Assembly: GCA_036172245.1 (NCBI GenBank)
Contig: JAYWIR010000008.1
Span: forward strand, 1,116,001-1,180,000
Origin: Raillietiella orientalis
Lineage: Eukaryota
Direction of reading: 5' to 3'
Length of the DNA stretch: 64,000 nt
Shown: in pieces, positions 14,601-27,200 of the stretch
How the letters are laid out: every line of letters starts with the position of its first letter
Numbering within the stretch: position 1 is the first letter of the stretch
Program-made: the position numbers and the translations under genes
Notes under the pieces: generated by a model
Told to the model about the DNA's origin: nothing
Database searches by the model: none
What the model saw: the letters and a program-made list of their open reading frames with translations, nothing else

Positions 14601-17600
14601 CCGACTGCTGTCTCCATGAGGAAATGGACCAGAATCGATGAGCACAAAGAGGCATGAAAGGATGTTTGCACTCGTTTTGCTGCTCTGAAAGATCGGGAGG
14701 GATCGCGATTTCGGGCAGAGATTTCAGAGGGCACTTAAGTCGGTGAAGTGGTGCTGCGACGAGATCCCGGAGAAGCTTTCACGATGGAGCAGCAGCCTTG
14801 TTGATCTGCGGGGAAAAAAGAAAAAGGAAGAAAAAAAAAAAAAAAAAAAAAAAAAGGAGGAAAAGAAATTTGCGCGGGAAGATTCCCTCGGAACTCTTGA
14901 ATAGTGTCTCATTTGACCACTTCTGCCCGCTGGAAAAATCCCTTCGTTTGCCGTTTTGCCCGTTTCGCTTCTCCACCGCCGCATTTTGTTGCAATTGCCG
15001 ACGTGGAGAATAATCTCAGGTGACAAAAAGAGGAAGAAGAAGAAGAAGAAGAAGAATTCCGTGACCATATAACGGCTCCGTTGCGTTGTCTCCTCCTGCC
15101 CCACCGTTGCCATCTTTTCCCCTTGACTGCAGGGAAGTTCGCGCGCCTCCTGATCTGCGGCGTCTTCCACCGTTTCGCCCTCATTCCACTCGCTCGCCGC
15201 GTCCCGACACCGGCCGCGCATTCCCATCCGGATCGGACCCCGGAGGAAAGTTCAGTGCTTCCCCGGTGGGGGGGACCCAGAGCCGCCGACCCGACCCGAG
15301 TTGGTTCCTCCTTGCAGGACGTTCCGCTGCGAAAGAAGCGCCTCGGATCTTTGGTGGAACCTCCATCCGTTTCCCCGCAACACGTGTGCCCGAAGCGGCG
15401 AACCTGCACGCAAGGCTCGCCGTCTTTTCCCGACAGCCATCCTTTTAGCGCATTCCGCCGCAGCATCTGCAGGGAAGGAAGGGCTCCCGAAGACGCCACC
15501 CCTCCTCCAGCACAAAGTGCAAGCGCCTCTTCTACGACTTGGACATTTCCCAGCATTGCCTTTCTCGCTCCTATCATCAATGGACGGCGCTTCAGAGGCG
15601 GATAGACGGCGGCCATTTTGATTCACACTACGCTACTCTGCCCTCATCATCGTCACTTCCGATACTTCTGCGTCGCTCTTGTCCTGCAGCTCTACCTCAC
15701 CTTTCACGTACACTCACGCGTACAGCACTACTCCGTAGTCCGTCCTTACCGTGCCACTCTATCCGCTCTGCCCTGTTATTGTATTTTTTCACATGGCTCT
15801 CGATCGCCACCTGCCTAATGACCGCGAGGTCGTGTCATCAAGCGTTGTGGTTGTCACGTTATTCTTGACCTCGTGGCGAGGGTGTGCTCGTTACGATGGC
15901 GCTACCCACAGTCCGGAAGGTGCCACGCTGAGTACAGCACTCTGACGAATGGCGACACGTTCCTTCTCCGCGCCTCCAACGTCTGTGATTCGACAGAAGC
16001 GCCGGCGGCTCGTCCTCGTCGTCGCCTTCTATCCGTGAGAGCCGGCGTGCAGGTCGCGAATGACCCCTGAGGCGGCTTAATGAAGCTGAGCGACTGCCCT
16101 TCTCCCTTGGAACATGGGCGGCATCTCGGCTGCTCGGCTCCTGCGCAATTGCTGGCCCTTCTGTCCGCTGAACCCCCGCCATCCCAGTCTCCTTGACCCT
16201 CGTCGAATAATAAGGACGGGGGGACCTCATCAGCTGCCGGGCGACCTCCCGCCGCTACTGGAGGAGCCGCAGCCCCCTGACTCCTCCTCTTCTATTCCGG
16301 GCAGAGACCCCTTCCCCACAGCTCCTAAGCGTCCCTCACGCAGCCCGGGGCAGGCACCGAGATCGCCATGCACGTTGCCGTGGGAGACCTCAGGACGGGG
16401 GCCGCGCTGTTCGCACCGCCTGGTGGAGAAGCGGAATGAGCGGAGAAGTCCTTCCCTCCCTTCCCTGGCATCATCCCTTCCACCTCTGAGGATGGGGCTC
16501 GTGGAAGAGGGGAGCGGGAATTGGAGCTCGTTTAAATGGTTACCGGCATCCTCACCCCTCTCTGTGTGTTCCAGTTCCCCCGAAGGCGTCCCTGCGCTTT
16601 CCGGACGGCGGCACCCGGTCGTCCGTACTGGAAGGGGAGGACGTGGACCTCCACTGCAGCACTACCGCCAACCCGAAGGTCTACCGGATCGGATGGGTCC
16701 TGAACGTGAGTTGCATCGGAGACGGGAGGGTGGAGGAGGAGGAGCCAGGAAGTAGGGGAAGGGGGAGAGGTGAAGGGACAGAGGTGGGGCTCCCCCCTGT
16801 CTCCCTGGGGAGCGACCCCGTCCTCTAACCCCGCGAACGGGTGATCTAAGGGAGGCGGAAACAGGGGGGAAATCGTGGAAGCCGCCCCTTTCCTACAGGA
16901 GGAAAAAAAAGGGGGGAGGGGGGAAGAGAGAAGGAGAGTGGAAATGTCCGCAAGGCCGAGCTCTGCCTTCCCCCTTCCTCAGCCAGTCCACGCGCATCCC
17001 GGGAAGCAGCGCTGACTCCTCCTCGCCCGGGCGCTTTTTGCCCTTGGCTCTTTGCTCCCACGTGCGTTCGGAGAAGGGAAGGGGATGCGCCGTAAGCGGA
17101 GCAGACGATGGGCCGAAGAGTTGAGAAGATGACGAGGGCACTGCACCCAAGGGACGTTCTCCGCGGAACGGAAGACCGCTCCCCCATTCCCAAGCCTTTC
17201 TCGAGGAGAGGGCACTGGATCCCGATGCGCACTGGGAACCCCCCTTCCCCCGGTGCAGCGTCCAGGACCGTCCTCGCCGAGGGAATCGACGCCCGCCTTG
17301 CTCCCCTCTCGAATCGAGATGGACGCACGGGAAGGGACCCTCCTTACGCCCAACCGGCTCCCGGAAGATGGGACTCTTCCCCTTCAACCTCTTCGTCCGG
17401 GAAGAAGGGGCGGGGCAGAAACGATCGTGCGCGAAACGGACCGGAGAGCATGAGTGGGGAGGATCTCGAGGCTGTCTCACCCCTCTGCTCTTGGGGTGCT
17501 CTCCGCCCCCTCGCTCAGGCTCCCGGAGGACAGGAAGAAGGGTGATTCCCGGATCCTCCTCCCCCTCCCCAGGCGGTCACCGCCTTGCTCCTCCTTCCGC

Positions 17601-19111
17601 CTCCGGATACAAGGAAGGGTGACGGTGGCTTCTCATCCCTCCAGGGCAGGTTCCTGGACCACAACACGTCCGAGGGTGTCCTGCTGGCCGGCACCGCCCT
17701 CCGCCTGGGGCGGGTGCGCAGGCGCTTCGCCGGCCTCTACGCCTGCGTGGCGTCCAACTCCGAGGGCGACGCGGAGAGCAACTCGGTCTCCCTGGCCGTC
17801 CACTGTGAGTGCCCCGTCCCTTGACCCACCAACCCCCGGTCACGCGACCGATGGACGTGACTGCCCCTGGAGGGGAGCAACAGAGTCCCCCGCAGCAGCC
17901 CAAGCGGTGCCCTGCCGTCGCATCAGACGACGCCGGACGACCCTCCTCTCCTATTCTGCCCTTTCCTTTGCCCCTCGGCGCCCTCGCGCTGAAAGTCTGC
18001 AGCGCAATGGCCCGTGAACTCCACTTCTCTCCACAGAAAGAGAACGGAGGCAGGGGCGGCTCCTAGAGCGCAGTCTACTCCCTCCCTCCTTCCCTCCTCC
18101 GGGAAGCGCCCAGTCCCCGCGCGCGTCGAGGAGCAAGCTGTGCTCCCGGACTCGCCGGTTCCTTGCGCGCGCGCGATTTCCCGCCCCTGCCACTCACACC
18201 CTCATCCCTTCTTCTCCGTTCGATTCCGCCTTGCTCCCTCTATCCCTTCCGTTCCAGACGTTCCCGAATGCATCGCTGAGGAGCGTCCCCTGTACCTGAC
18301 CCGGTGGAACCCGGAGGCGTGGGTTTCCTGCGAGGTGGATGCCGAGCCCCCCCCGACCAGCTTCCTGTGGTTCGAGGAGCCCCCCGGGCGTGGCGTGTCC
18401 GTCCTGAGGACCACCTCCGAGAAAAGGACGGTGGTGCGGATTGGTGACCCCAGACCGGCGGTGCCCGGGACGCTGCTCTGCCGGGCGAGCAACGCCGCCG
18501 GCACGCAGGGGCGCCCCTGCGCCTTCCGGCTGGGCGACGGCCGGGCCCTGGAGGAGGCGCTCAACTGCACGGCCGCGGCGGCGCAGGACGGGTCGGTCGA
18601 GGTCAGGTGCGCCGCGCCCGTCGAGATGAGGCGCCGAGGACGCAGCTATGAGCTCGAGGTGCGGGAGGCGGGCGTCTTGGTGGACACCCTGCGGAGCGAA
18701 GCACCCCACTTCCTGGTGAGGAGCCGCGGGCCTCCCCAGGGCCCCGGCGGCGGAACCCGCCCTGAGCTCGTCGTGCGCGTCCTGGCCGCGGGTAAGCTGC
18801 TCTCCCGGCTGACCCCGCACCCGGCCTTCGAGGAGGCGCCCGCGTCCTTCCTCTCCGGGAGGAAGCCGCCCGTGTCGGGAACCCCGCGGCGGCCGCCACC
18901 TCCCCTCCTCCCTCTGTGGTTCGTCCCCATCGCCGTGCTCCTGGCTGCAGGATCACAAGCGGACAATAAAGACAGCTCCGCCGCCTACTCCCTGTGGGGC
19001 CTCGGACCCCAGGAAGGGAGGAAGGGGGAAAGGGGGGAAGGAACGAGGCGCGAGGTGGACGAGAGTGGGCCTCCTTTCCTCCCCCCCGACTCGCACTCGG
19101 GGGCTCCTTGA
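2693..19111 (+). CDS. Sidestep/nephrin-like immunoglobulin-superfamily cell-surface protein (5 Ig domains plus FN3-like region); signal-peptide exon not identified
   Basis: Exons with GT-AG ends and matching phases: 2693-2819 (GPPVVWGIVGDNVTLPC...SPVYT), 5240-5430 (LKISGLLKSDTGRYRCRMDY), 9126-9239 (VPAGKP...GPFNEGSAVEITCESVGG), 9293-9493 (FPVPKLSWY...LTCHVFN), 11656-11813 (LKPL...CYVYGSRPPARISWY), 13485-13623 (EDNNKVIACAARNP), 16575-16705 (EGEDVDLHCSTTANP), 17645-17804 (HNTSEGV...GLYACVASNSEG), 18258-~19111 (YVPEC...CEVDAEP...LLCRASNAAGTQGRPC). GPxxEG, GSRPPA, EGxDV..C..ANP and CxAxNxxGxQxxPC are sidestep-family signatures. The 3' end is uncertain. Confidence 0.88.
3250..4560 (-). mobile_element. 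Heavily decayed Ty3/Gypsy-like gag-pol remnant in a sidestep intron
   Basis: Minus-strand fragments in the expected order: knuckle-like GQGHLC, then IPNHSQECCRSLCTVAQEMDG (cf. I.PS.S.WASP...V.KKDG), VLFSED (cf. FS.LD) and AWGLTPTTAP (cf. MPFGL.NAP). Many frameshifts; resemblance judged by eye only. Confidence 0.3.
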
Positions 19112-19299
19112 CCATTCCTTCGCCCCGAGCGACCGGCGCCTCCTTGACCCGGGGTACAAGCCACCCGTCGGGAGAGACGGCAGCTCCAGGGAGGGACGCT
19201 CCAAAACCGCCTTGTGGTGGGGTGGCGGTGCCTGCAAACCGGCTCTGGTAGATACCAGCGGGAGGCCAAGCAGCCCACGGCCCTGCAAACAGCTGCAGG

Positions 19300-19960
19300 G
19301 ACCGGAGAAGATAGTAGGGGACCGATGAATAGTCCCCAATGAGTCCCGAGTCCACGACCAAGAGACCCTCTGAGGGCTAGTATCCCCCTCTTCTAATTCT
19401 CGTGTTTTCTGCGGGGGTGATAACCTCGTTGAGAGAGAAGGAATGAGCGGCGACGGCTGCCTCCGGAGGTCCATGGTAGGGGAGCGCGAACGAAATTCGG
19501 CAGACGAGGGAAGGGAAGGGTGGAGTGTTCCGGGAGGCGATCTGCGAGGGTTCCGCGGATCGAGGGTGTGAAGTGGGATTTGCGATGGATGGATTCCGTG
19601 AAGCAGGAAAGTCCCGTGCTGGATTTAGGTCCTATTGTGGGGATGGGGTGGGCAGCGGAAGGCTCCAAGATGCTTCCTTCATTCTCTGGGTGGCTCTCTG
19701 GAATCAGAGTTGCCGCGCCCACGGGAGGAGAGCGCCCGCCGAAGCTGGGGAGTCTCCCCTGTGTCTGGGAGCGAGCAGTCCTCCTGAACCAATCGGCAGA
19801 GGGCAGCAACAGTCCTTGGAGAGAGGTGGATCGGCAGATGGGACGAGTCTTCGAGCCCGATGGCGCCGGCAGGAGAGAAGCAGGAAGGACTAGGGTGGAC
19901 GTGGAGTTCGAATGGACAGAGGTCACCATTTGGCTATTTCCAAGATGCGCCACGGGGGTG
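19300..19960 (+). mobile_element. Decayed Gypsy-like RT/connection-domain remnant
   Basis: FRSYCG (cf. LRSFLG) near 19625 and DVEFEWTE...F (cf. K..F.WT...AF) near 19900; no intact ORF. Confidence 0.25.
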
Positions 19961-20242
19961 GGGGCGACGGCTCTCTCGAGGGCACGGTATTCATCGAGGG
20001 AGAGGACGACTACGGTGGCGCGGACGGTTCGGGGGATCGGCGCACGTGGGCGCCGTTCCGATGGACGGATGGCGGGCGTGAGGCGGACCGCTAGGGTCTT
20101 GGAGTATGGAAGCAGGGAGGGGCGCTTAGAGGGGTCTCCCCTCGGGCGTTGGCGTCCGAGGTGAGTGAGTGGTGATGAGTTTTCTTAGTACTAAAGGATT
20201 AGAAAACTGGAAGATTTTTTGATCAGGAAAAGATTGTAAAAT

Positions 20243-20498
20243 GTGTTAGTGGCTGCTCAGGAAAGATTTGAGATGTTAATGGTATTGTTAACTGTGGCGC
20301 TTGTGACGTTGGTTGAGCGTAAAATTTTGGGAGGAGTGCAATGACGGGAAGGACAAATAAAATGGGAATGGGGGTGTTGCAGCCGGTGGTTGATGGGCTG
20401 AAGTTGTTGGGTAAGGGATATTATGAATTGAGTGATAGAAACAAGGTAGGTTATAAGGTGGGTACGGAAATTATGATGGGGGTGATAGTGGGAATGTG
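20243..20498 (+). pseudogene. ND1: NUMT: 5' part of mitochondrial NADH dehydrogenase subunit 1
   Basis: In the invertebrate mitochondrial code it reads LMVLLTVALVTLVERKILGGVQWREG[frameshift]NKMGMGVLQPVVDGLKLLGKG...SN, matching ND1 ERKxLGxxQxRKGPNK...QP..DxxKL. It needs TGA=Trp, has a 1-nt deletion at GP, is truncated, and is strongly G+T rich. The AT-rich ~80 nt upstream may be an rrnL/tRNA remnant. Confidence 0.85.
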
Positions 20499-21199
20499 CC
20501 CTCTACAAGTCCTCGGAGCGCACGAAAACTCGAAGGGTTGAGTCCTCCCAGGATCTCGGAACGAGGCCTCCTTCCAAAGTAGACGTGGACTCCACCCCCT
20601 TGAGGAACCACCTCGTCATCGACCTCCAGTAAACAAGACAGGTCATAAATTGGCCAACCAACCTCTGAGAAGCCTTTTTTCACCTTCCCTCTTCCCCCCT
20701 CCTCCACATAGACCTCTTTCCCGCGCAAACCCGAAGAGGACAACCCCCTGCCACCCCAACGTGAATGGGATGTCCTTCTCGCTTTCTCTGCAATACGCCT
20801 GGCACCGAACAGACCGAGGGGAGCCACCTACCAGGAATTCTAATTTTGACCTTCCCCCCGCTCCGCTAGCTTCCCTCTCTCCCAGCATCACGCTCTTGCC
20901 CATTAGAAGGAAACCCTCCTCCCAACGTGAGCTGCGCCCTCCCGAGTCCCCACATGGCCGGGGCCTCGCGCTGCCACCTCATCTTTCAAGCCCCTTGGAG
21001 AAACGCCATCCCCCTCGTATTCCCTATCCTTTATCTCATCTCCGCAACGACTCCGCATGGCCAGTCTCCTTAACATGGGTTTTGTAAATTGAGGACCAAC
21101 AAAGGTGACCCCGCCCCCTACGTCATGAAGTGGCCCAGATTGGCAATCTCATAAACTCATTCTTAAAAAAACTCCCAATTAATGCTCACCATCGCCACC

Positions 21200-22380
21200 C
21201 CACCCTCACCCACCTCCCACCTCACAACGACGAACAAAACCTATCGGCTGAGTGGAATCCCCCAGCCCACCGTACCGACATCGGGACACCACCAATCACC
21301 CTTCGTCATCTCATACCCACACATACGTGTGACAGTCACACTCGTCACTTTCCTCATTTCACCCCCCGTGAGACCCACCATGCGACCCGTCTCCAGCAAG
21401 CAAGAAATCCACGCTCCGGAGGGAACAGAAGGGAAGCGAACGCCCCCACACATCCCTACTTCCATGCATCCCCGAAAGCCGCCCAGACGCTCCCTACGGA
21501 AAATGCCAAGGCAGTTGGCGAACCTCCGCCAAACCCACTCCCCAACCTACAGAACATGAACCATGCCCCTCTCGCAGTCCCAAGCTACACCTACCTACGT
21601 TTGTCACCACCCTCATCAGTGCGTGGATCACGCACACGTCATACAAAATCATCAGTGCCACAGAACGTCCTGTAATAACACAGGATTACACAAACTCATT
21701 TTGATGTGCATAGTTATTTGTTAACATACATATAGTCATCAGTAGTGTTATTGCAACAGATATGTTTATTAAGATTCAGTGACACACATTTTATTAATAT
21801 AATTAATAAGTTGCCGATATCTAAATTAAGGATGATAAAAAATAAACATATATGCTGATTATATGCATCGATATTTATAGATAATATAAGTTTACATATG
21901 TGTGTGTGTGTAAACATGTATATAAATATATATATCAATAAATAAAATAAGCACATATATTTTTTTTTATAATATCCATGATACATATTGATCCAAATAT
22001 CAGATTATCTGTAATAAGCATGTATGGATGTCAACAACTTAGTAATTATATTAATAAAATATGTGGCACTGAATATTAATAAATATACCTGTTGCAATAA
22101 TACTACGGCTGACGATATGTATGTTGATGAACGTGAATAACTATTCACATTGAAATAAATTTGTGTATTAATATATGTAGAATAAGCACAAGCGTGTTTA
22201 TTCCTGATGATCTTTCGTGATTTTGAACGGGACCCCTGTAATTGCCATTCCTCATCCCACTCACAAACACCGCACGCAAATAATGTACAAACAACGTGAG
22301 CTCCACCGCCACCCTCATTATCCCCGAATCTCTAGGATAAGCTACCCACATCCCTACTATAGCCCCTAACGTAATCATGG
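21200..22380 (-). pseudogene. Probable older, degraded NUMT of ND4L followed by the ND4 5' part, interrupted by a foldback element
   Basis: C-rich plus strand. Minus-strand reads MITLGAMVGMW...VAVELTLF (ND4L N-half, 22378 downward), LMSVVTNVG (cf. LVSMIRTHG) on the other side of the hairpin, then WISCLL and VGWG..QP (cf. ND4 WI..L and GWGYQPER). The ND4L-ND4 order on one strand fits arthropod mtDNA. Several frameshifts are needed. Confidence 0.4.
21677..22234. mobile_element. AT-rich foldback / MITE-like element (long imperfect inverted repeat)
   Basis: 21687-21821 pairs with 22027-22167 (e.g. gtagtgttattgcaacag / ctgttgcaataatactac; cattttattaatataatta / taattatattaataaaata). Inner arms also pair, around the centre gtttaca...tgtaaac at 21890-21915. 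An 8-bp direct repeat cctgtaat lies at 21669-21676 and 22235-22242. Confidence 0.7.
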
Positions 22381-25300
22381 GGTCCGATTTATAACCCGCC
22401 TCGCTGCTACTGATCCCTCCTTCACACCTATTACTTGAACCGAAATCCTACAGGCCTTGTCATGTCCACCCTTGCCTCGTGTGGTCCCTCTTGCCCCTGC
22501 CTGACCAAATCTGCGCAGGCAGCACCACCGCCTCCTCAAGAACACTTCGCGCAACCTCCACCACTTCCCATCCTTCTTCCCGAATAGGCGAATCCTTCAA
22601 CTTTCCCGCACCTTTCTGAGGGAAAAGTCCAGGAGGAGACGGGAGGCGACTTGTTCTGCGCCGATCCAAAGCAGCTCACGTCGCGTGGGACCGAGCTGAC
22701 CGCTGCCGCCGTCTTCTGCGTCCCTCCCGAAGACTCGGACGTCTCAGATCCCTGCATCAGTCCGGGCCCTCAGCAGAAGAGGCGGCACCGCTGTCCTTCG
22801 GGCAGCCCTTCGCCCGACATCTTCCTGACGAATCCTCTGTCCACTAGGATCCGCCCTCCGCCATCCTCTCCCGGGCAGCAGCATCTTCCCGGAATCTCCC
22901 CTTCCCCTGAGGTCTTCTTCCACCTCCGTAGGTCACCTCCTCCCGGGAAGTCTTCCCTCCCCCCCCCCCCCCGACCCATCGCAGGGCGAGGCGGCGGCGG
23001 CAGCAGCAGAAGCCCCTCGCGGCCCGCCTTCAGTCCGCTCCCTCCTCGAGAAGATGCCTGGAGCAAACAGCCACTCCTCTTCGCGCGCGCAATCCCTCTC
23101 TCCGGGCCCCCACCGGCTGGAAGCGCCGCCGACGTCACCTGATCCACCGTAAACAGTTCGATCAGATCCGCGAGGTGGTCTAAAAATAAACCTCGGCTCA
23201 GTGGAGGAGTTCCCGCGATGGCCTCCTGAAGGCTCACGAGGTGCCCTATCACCACCCCACACAGTTACGAGAGAGGGCAAGAGGGGAGAGGACGGGGTGA
23301 CGGGGTGACCTCTTCTCATCTCCATTCCGTGATCCGTCGACGGCTGGAATCCGCCGCCATCCAAGATAAAAGTCCGATCACGCCATGCTGTACGCGGCAA
23401 TTCGAGCAAAGGATTTTCCATGACCTCCTGGCGGCTGGCCTGGTTCCCCCGGGTCCTTCCCGAGGAAGGGGAAAGCCGCACTCGCGGCTCTCCTTCCTTC
23501 GCCACCGTCTGCCGAGGGTTCTCATCCCTCACTCCCGAAGGCCACCTCTCGCTCCACCAAGAATCCACCGGACAGGAGAGGAGACTCTTCGTCTACTGCC
23601 GCCAACCGCCCTGGGGGGGGGGGGGGGAGTCACCGACGCTCCTCCCCGTTCCTCCTGCAGCGAACCCTCGGCTCCGGGAACGACGGTCCCCTCTCCGCAG
23701 GGCAGAGGGGACGAATAGCGGAGAGACATCTACCTCCCCGCCTCACGTTTGGCACCGGGAGCTGCACTCGTTGATGGGTCAGCCACCGGGATAGGGCGCC
23801 GCCGGCTTCACCGAGGGCTGGCGCACATCCCGGTCACTCGGCATTCCTCGGTTCCTGGAATCTTCCCCTCGTCTTCAAGCCAAAAAGAGGGAAAGAAATA
23901 GTTCCGCGGAAATGGTCCAGCCTTTCCGGGACCTGCAGGACGACGGGATCCCTAGAAAAACCAAAGTGGAAGAGGGGCAGATGCTCCTGGGGACTGTCCG
24001 ATGCACCCACTGGGAATGCAGTTCGTGCGTGCACAGGGTTCTTCTCGAACCTCAGGAGCATCTTTCGCCATCTTTCAGCAGCCAGCAGCAAGGAGGTCCG
24101 ATTTGCCACCGCTGGTCGCCATTGCGAGTAGCGAGCATTGTCGGCATCCTTCGCATCCTTTCATTCTCCACATTGTTGCATTTTTCGGATCTCTATTGTT
24201 GAATTGTATCTTTAATTTTTGGTTTCTTATCGCTCGCGACAATGCTCTGCTCCCTACCCATTGTTGAACTTTTTGCCATTTCGGCATCTGATTTCTGTCC
24301 AGATTGCGCAGTCCTCTACGGTCTGTGTAACGCGTCCAGCACTGTGCCACGACTCTGCTCAGCACCGCGCACCTCCAGGATGTCACGCAGTCTGGCTCAC
24401 GCAGGGAGCCTAGATGACGCCATTTTTCCTTTGATGCACCCGCAGTGCGCTCTTTTTTTCTCGTGAGTGCTCTCTAATCCCGCTGGAGACGGCCAAAAAT
24501 CGAAGGGAGCGATTCCCCAAAAGGAAAGGGCCATTCTGCGCGAGGCGCGCTTCCGAGGGTGGGTAACCCATCTCTGCTCCGATGCTCCTGCTCTGCATAC
24601 ATCCGAACAGAGGTTCTCTTCTATCCGTCTGTATTCCGGGAAAAAACTTCTTCCCGGGAGTGTAAGCGGCTCAACTGGGCGCGCGACTTCAACCATTGCT
24701 GCTGGCATCGCCCTCTCCCACCTGTCGCCGAGCGGATGTCCAGCGCACAGCGAAGATTAAAACGTCGAGATGCACACGAGAGGTGGAGCTGCGGGACTTT
24801 CGAATTCAGCCTTCCAGGGGAGGGGGAGGGGAGTAGGGAAGGAGTCCGGGGAAAGAGCTCCAGGATCCACCAAGGAGCCACCGATCACGAGGACGTTAGG
24901 CAGTCCCCATCTGATGGTGATCGCGAGAGTGTAACTCCGAATGGATGATCGAGTCGGAACGAATTGAGCCGGAGGTCACCTGCCAAAAACGGGAGCGACC
25001 CGTTGGGTTTTCGGCTGGCGTCCGCGGAGCGACCGCTTGGCCGCTTGGATGCGCCGATCGCTCGACCCGTTGCCATCACTTGCTGGAGCAGCAAGGTAAA
25101 GCTGGTACGCAGAGCTCCAGACGAACACCTCCGAACGCATAGAACCAAGATCATTGGTGGGTGAACCCAAAGGTGAAAGGTCCGTTTTCCCGCTCATCCC
25201 TGGAGGCATTGTTGAGGAATCCGCGAACTCTTCGACGAATTGGGTTTAAAGGTGCTCCTCAGAGACTGTGGATGCTTGGGACACACTCCCTGGGGAACTG

Positions 25301-26699
25301 ATGGTGGCCAGCTCTTCTGGCAGACCCTCTTGCGATCGCACCGCCGACGGAAGTCCGCTGAGGAATGCGTGCGCCGCTCGACTCACCTTCGTGTCCGAGA
25401 CCGAGAGCATTCTGAGGCTCCCCCACACCGGAAGAAGAACGAGCGTCTTCCTGGATTTGTCGAGCTGCAGGGACCCCGGACGGATGAATCTCCAGAGCAC
25501 TGGTAATTTTCCTTTTTTTCCTTTTTTTCATTTGTTTCTCCTGCGGCAATGTGTCAGCAGACCTGCGGGAGTCTCCGCACGTCTCCCAGATCACGGGAAA
25601 TTTGTTTCTGAGCCCGACGCTTTGTTTTCCCGTTTTCCTCCTCCCAAGTACCCACGTGCATCCGAGTCTGCAGCGGAGTCTGCAGCGAAATTTGCTCGCT
25701 CGGTGGAAGGTCCGTTCTTCCAGGTGCTCATTTGCTCTGCTTTCTCCTTTAATAGGCGCCGTTACTTTCCTTATATTGACGCCCGCCCATTCAAATTTAG
25801 ATAATGAGCAGGCCTATAGGAATTTCATATTGCATGGAAGGTCAATGTATCACTGCGGTGCCGCGGCGCGCTGACAGTAATGGCCGCGATGCAATCTCTA
25901 CGGCGCTTCTGTGCTGAGCCGCGCTCTACCGGTCGCACGCACGCACGGCGAAGACGCGCTCCGTCCCCGAGCCTTGGATTCATCGATAAATCACGAGCCG
26001 CGTGCAACCATTGTTGACAAACGTCTAAATATAGCCTACGCCCGAAGGATTATTAATACTTCAGGAGCGTACAAATCAGATCGAGCCGGCCGGGGGAGCT
26101 GCGCAGCATTCATGGTGCCGGAGGCCACTGGGGCGCATTAAAAACGTCCCGTCGGTGAATGCGCCGCTTGATGGAACAGCAACGCATGATTTATTGGCAG
26201 GGGAAAGAGGAATTTCATCGAAAATAACGCGATGGGCTCTCGATAACAAGGTAAGGACATTTTTTTCTCGCTGCCTCCGTGGGGAGTCTGGATATCCAGA
26301 GCGCGCGCGCGCTCCTCCCCCCGAAGGCGCCCAGGATTTCGTCGTGCGCCGTGCGCGTGTGACCCGTCTGCAAGCGCGGGCGAGTCACGCGTGCGCGAAT
26401 CCAGCTTGCGCTTGTGGGTGGCCTTTGGCGGGTCGCTCTCCCCCCGAGAGACATCCGCGCCAACCCTCGCGCGAAGCGCGCGGCCATAAATCCGGGGACG
26501 ACGGTGATCCCGAAAGGAACGTGTTTCCCTAGGAAAGGAGGTCGTTCGTAAACGTTCAGAGGTCCCACAGCATCGTAGGGAATCTTCACGGCCGAGCGTC
26601 CTGTGGAGCGAGAGCCTAACTCACCAAGGAAGGGTTCATCTAGCGTGGATAGGGATATCCCAACGACCTCCTCCGTGCCAGGAACGCCGAAATCAATGC

Positions 26700-27200
26700 A
26701 TTGAGGGATCGAGGAATGAAAGACGACGCGTCGAGTATCAACATATTGTGTACCCCTCGAGGAACCCACGATAGGAGCCACAAGATCGGATTGGATAGGG
26801 AAAGAGAAGCGTCGTTCCTCAAAGAAGATGGGCAAGACGACCGCTCCTCCGAGGGAAATTGAGCTGTCTGAGAAAGGAGGGATGGGACGGGACGGGCTCT
26901 CTGCTCCAACTGGAAGATCTCTGACCGATGGTGGTTTCCGCAGGGTTGGGACGAGCCCTTCGATGTTACGCCGCGCGCCGCACGTACGACGGCGGTGCAG
27001 TGCGCAGTGGACTTTAAGGTGCTGGGGGGACAATGGTAGGGGCGCGTCGCTGGAAGGGGCACGCTCGCCAGCAAGGAGGCACCTGCAGTGGCGCGGAAGG
27101 TGAGCAGGAGGTGAGGTCTCTCCTCTCCGGGAAGGATGAGGCGTTCCTTCGCGCCTGCTAACACGGAGGCTTTACCACGAGGTGGTCGAAGGGTGAGAAA
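26700..27200 (-). mobile_element. Decayed Gypsy-like integrase remnant
   Basis: KERLILPGEERPHLL...RPYHCP (cf. integrase Zn-binding R++P..R..++..H...YWWP), followed by RRFSFPIQSD (cf. rve RFG+P..I+SD); frameshifted. Confidence 0.35.

Noticed and set aside
24885..25240. Possible DIRS-like RT relic (a similar hint lies at ~51650-51800)
   Set aside because: The catalytic YxDD is not recognisable.
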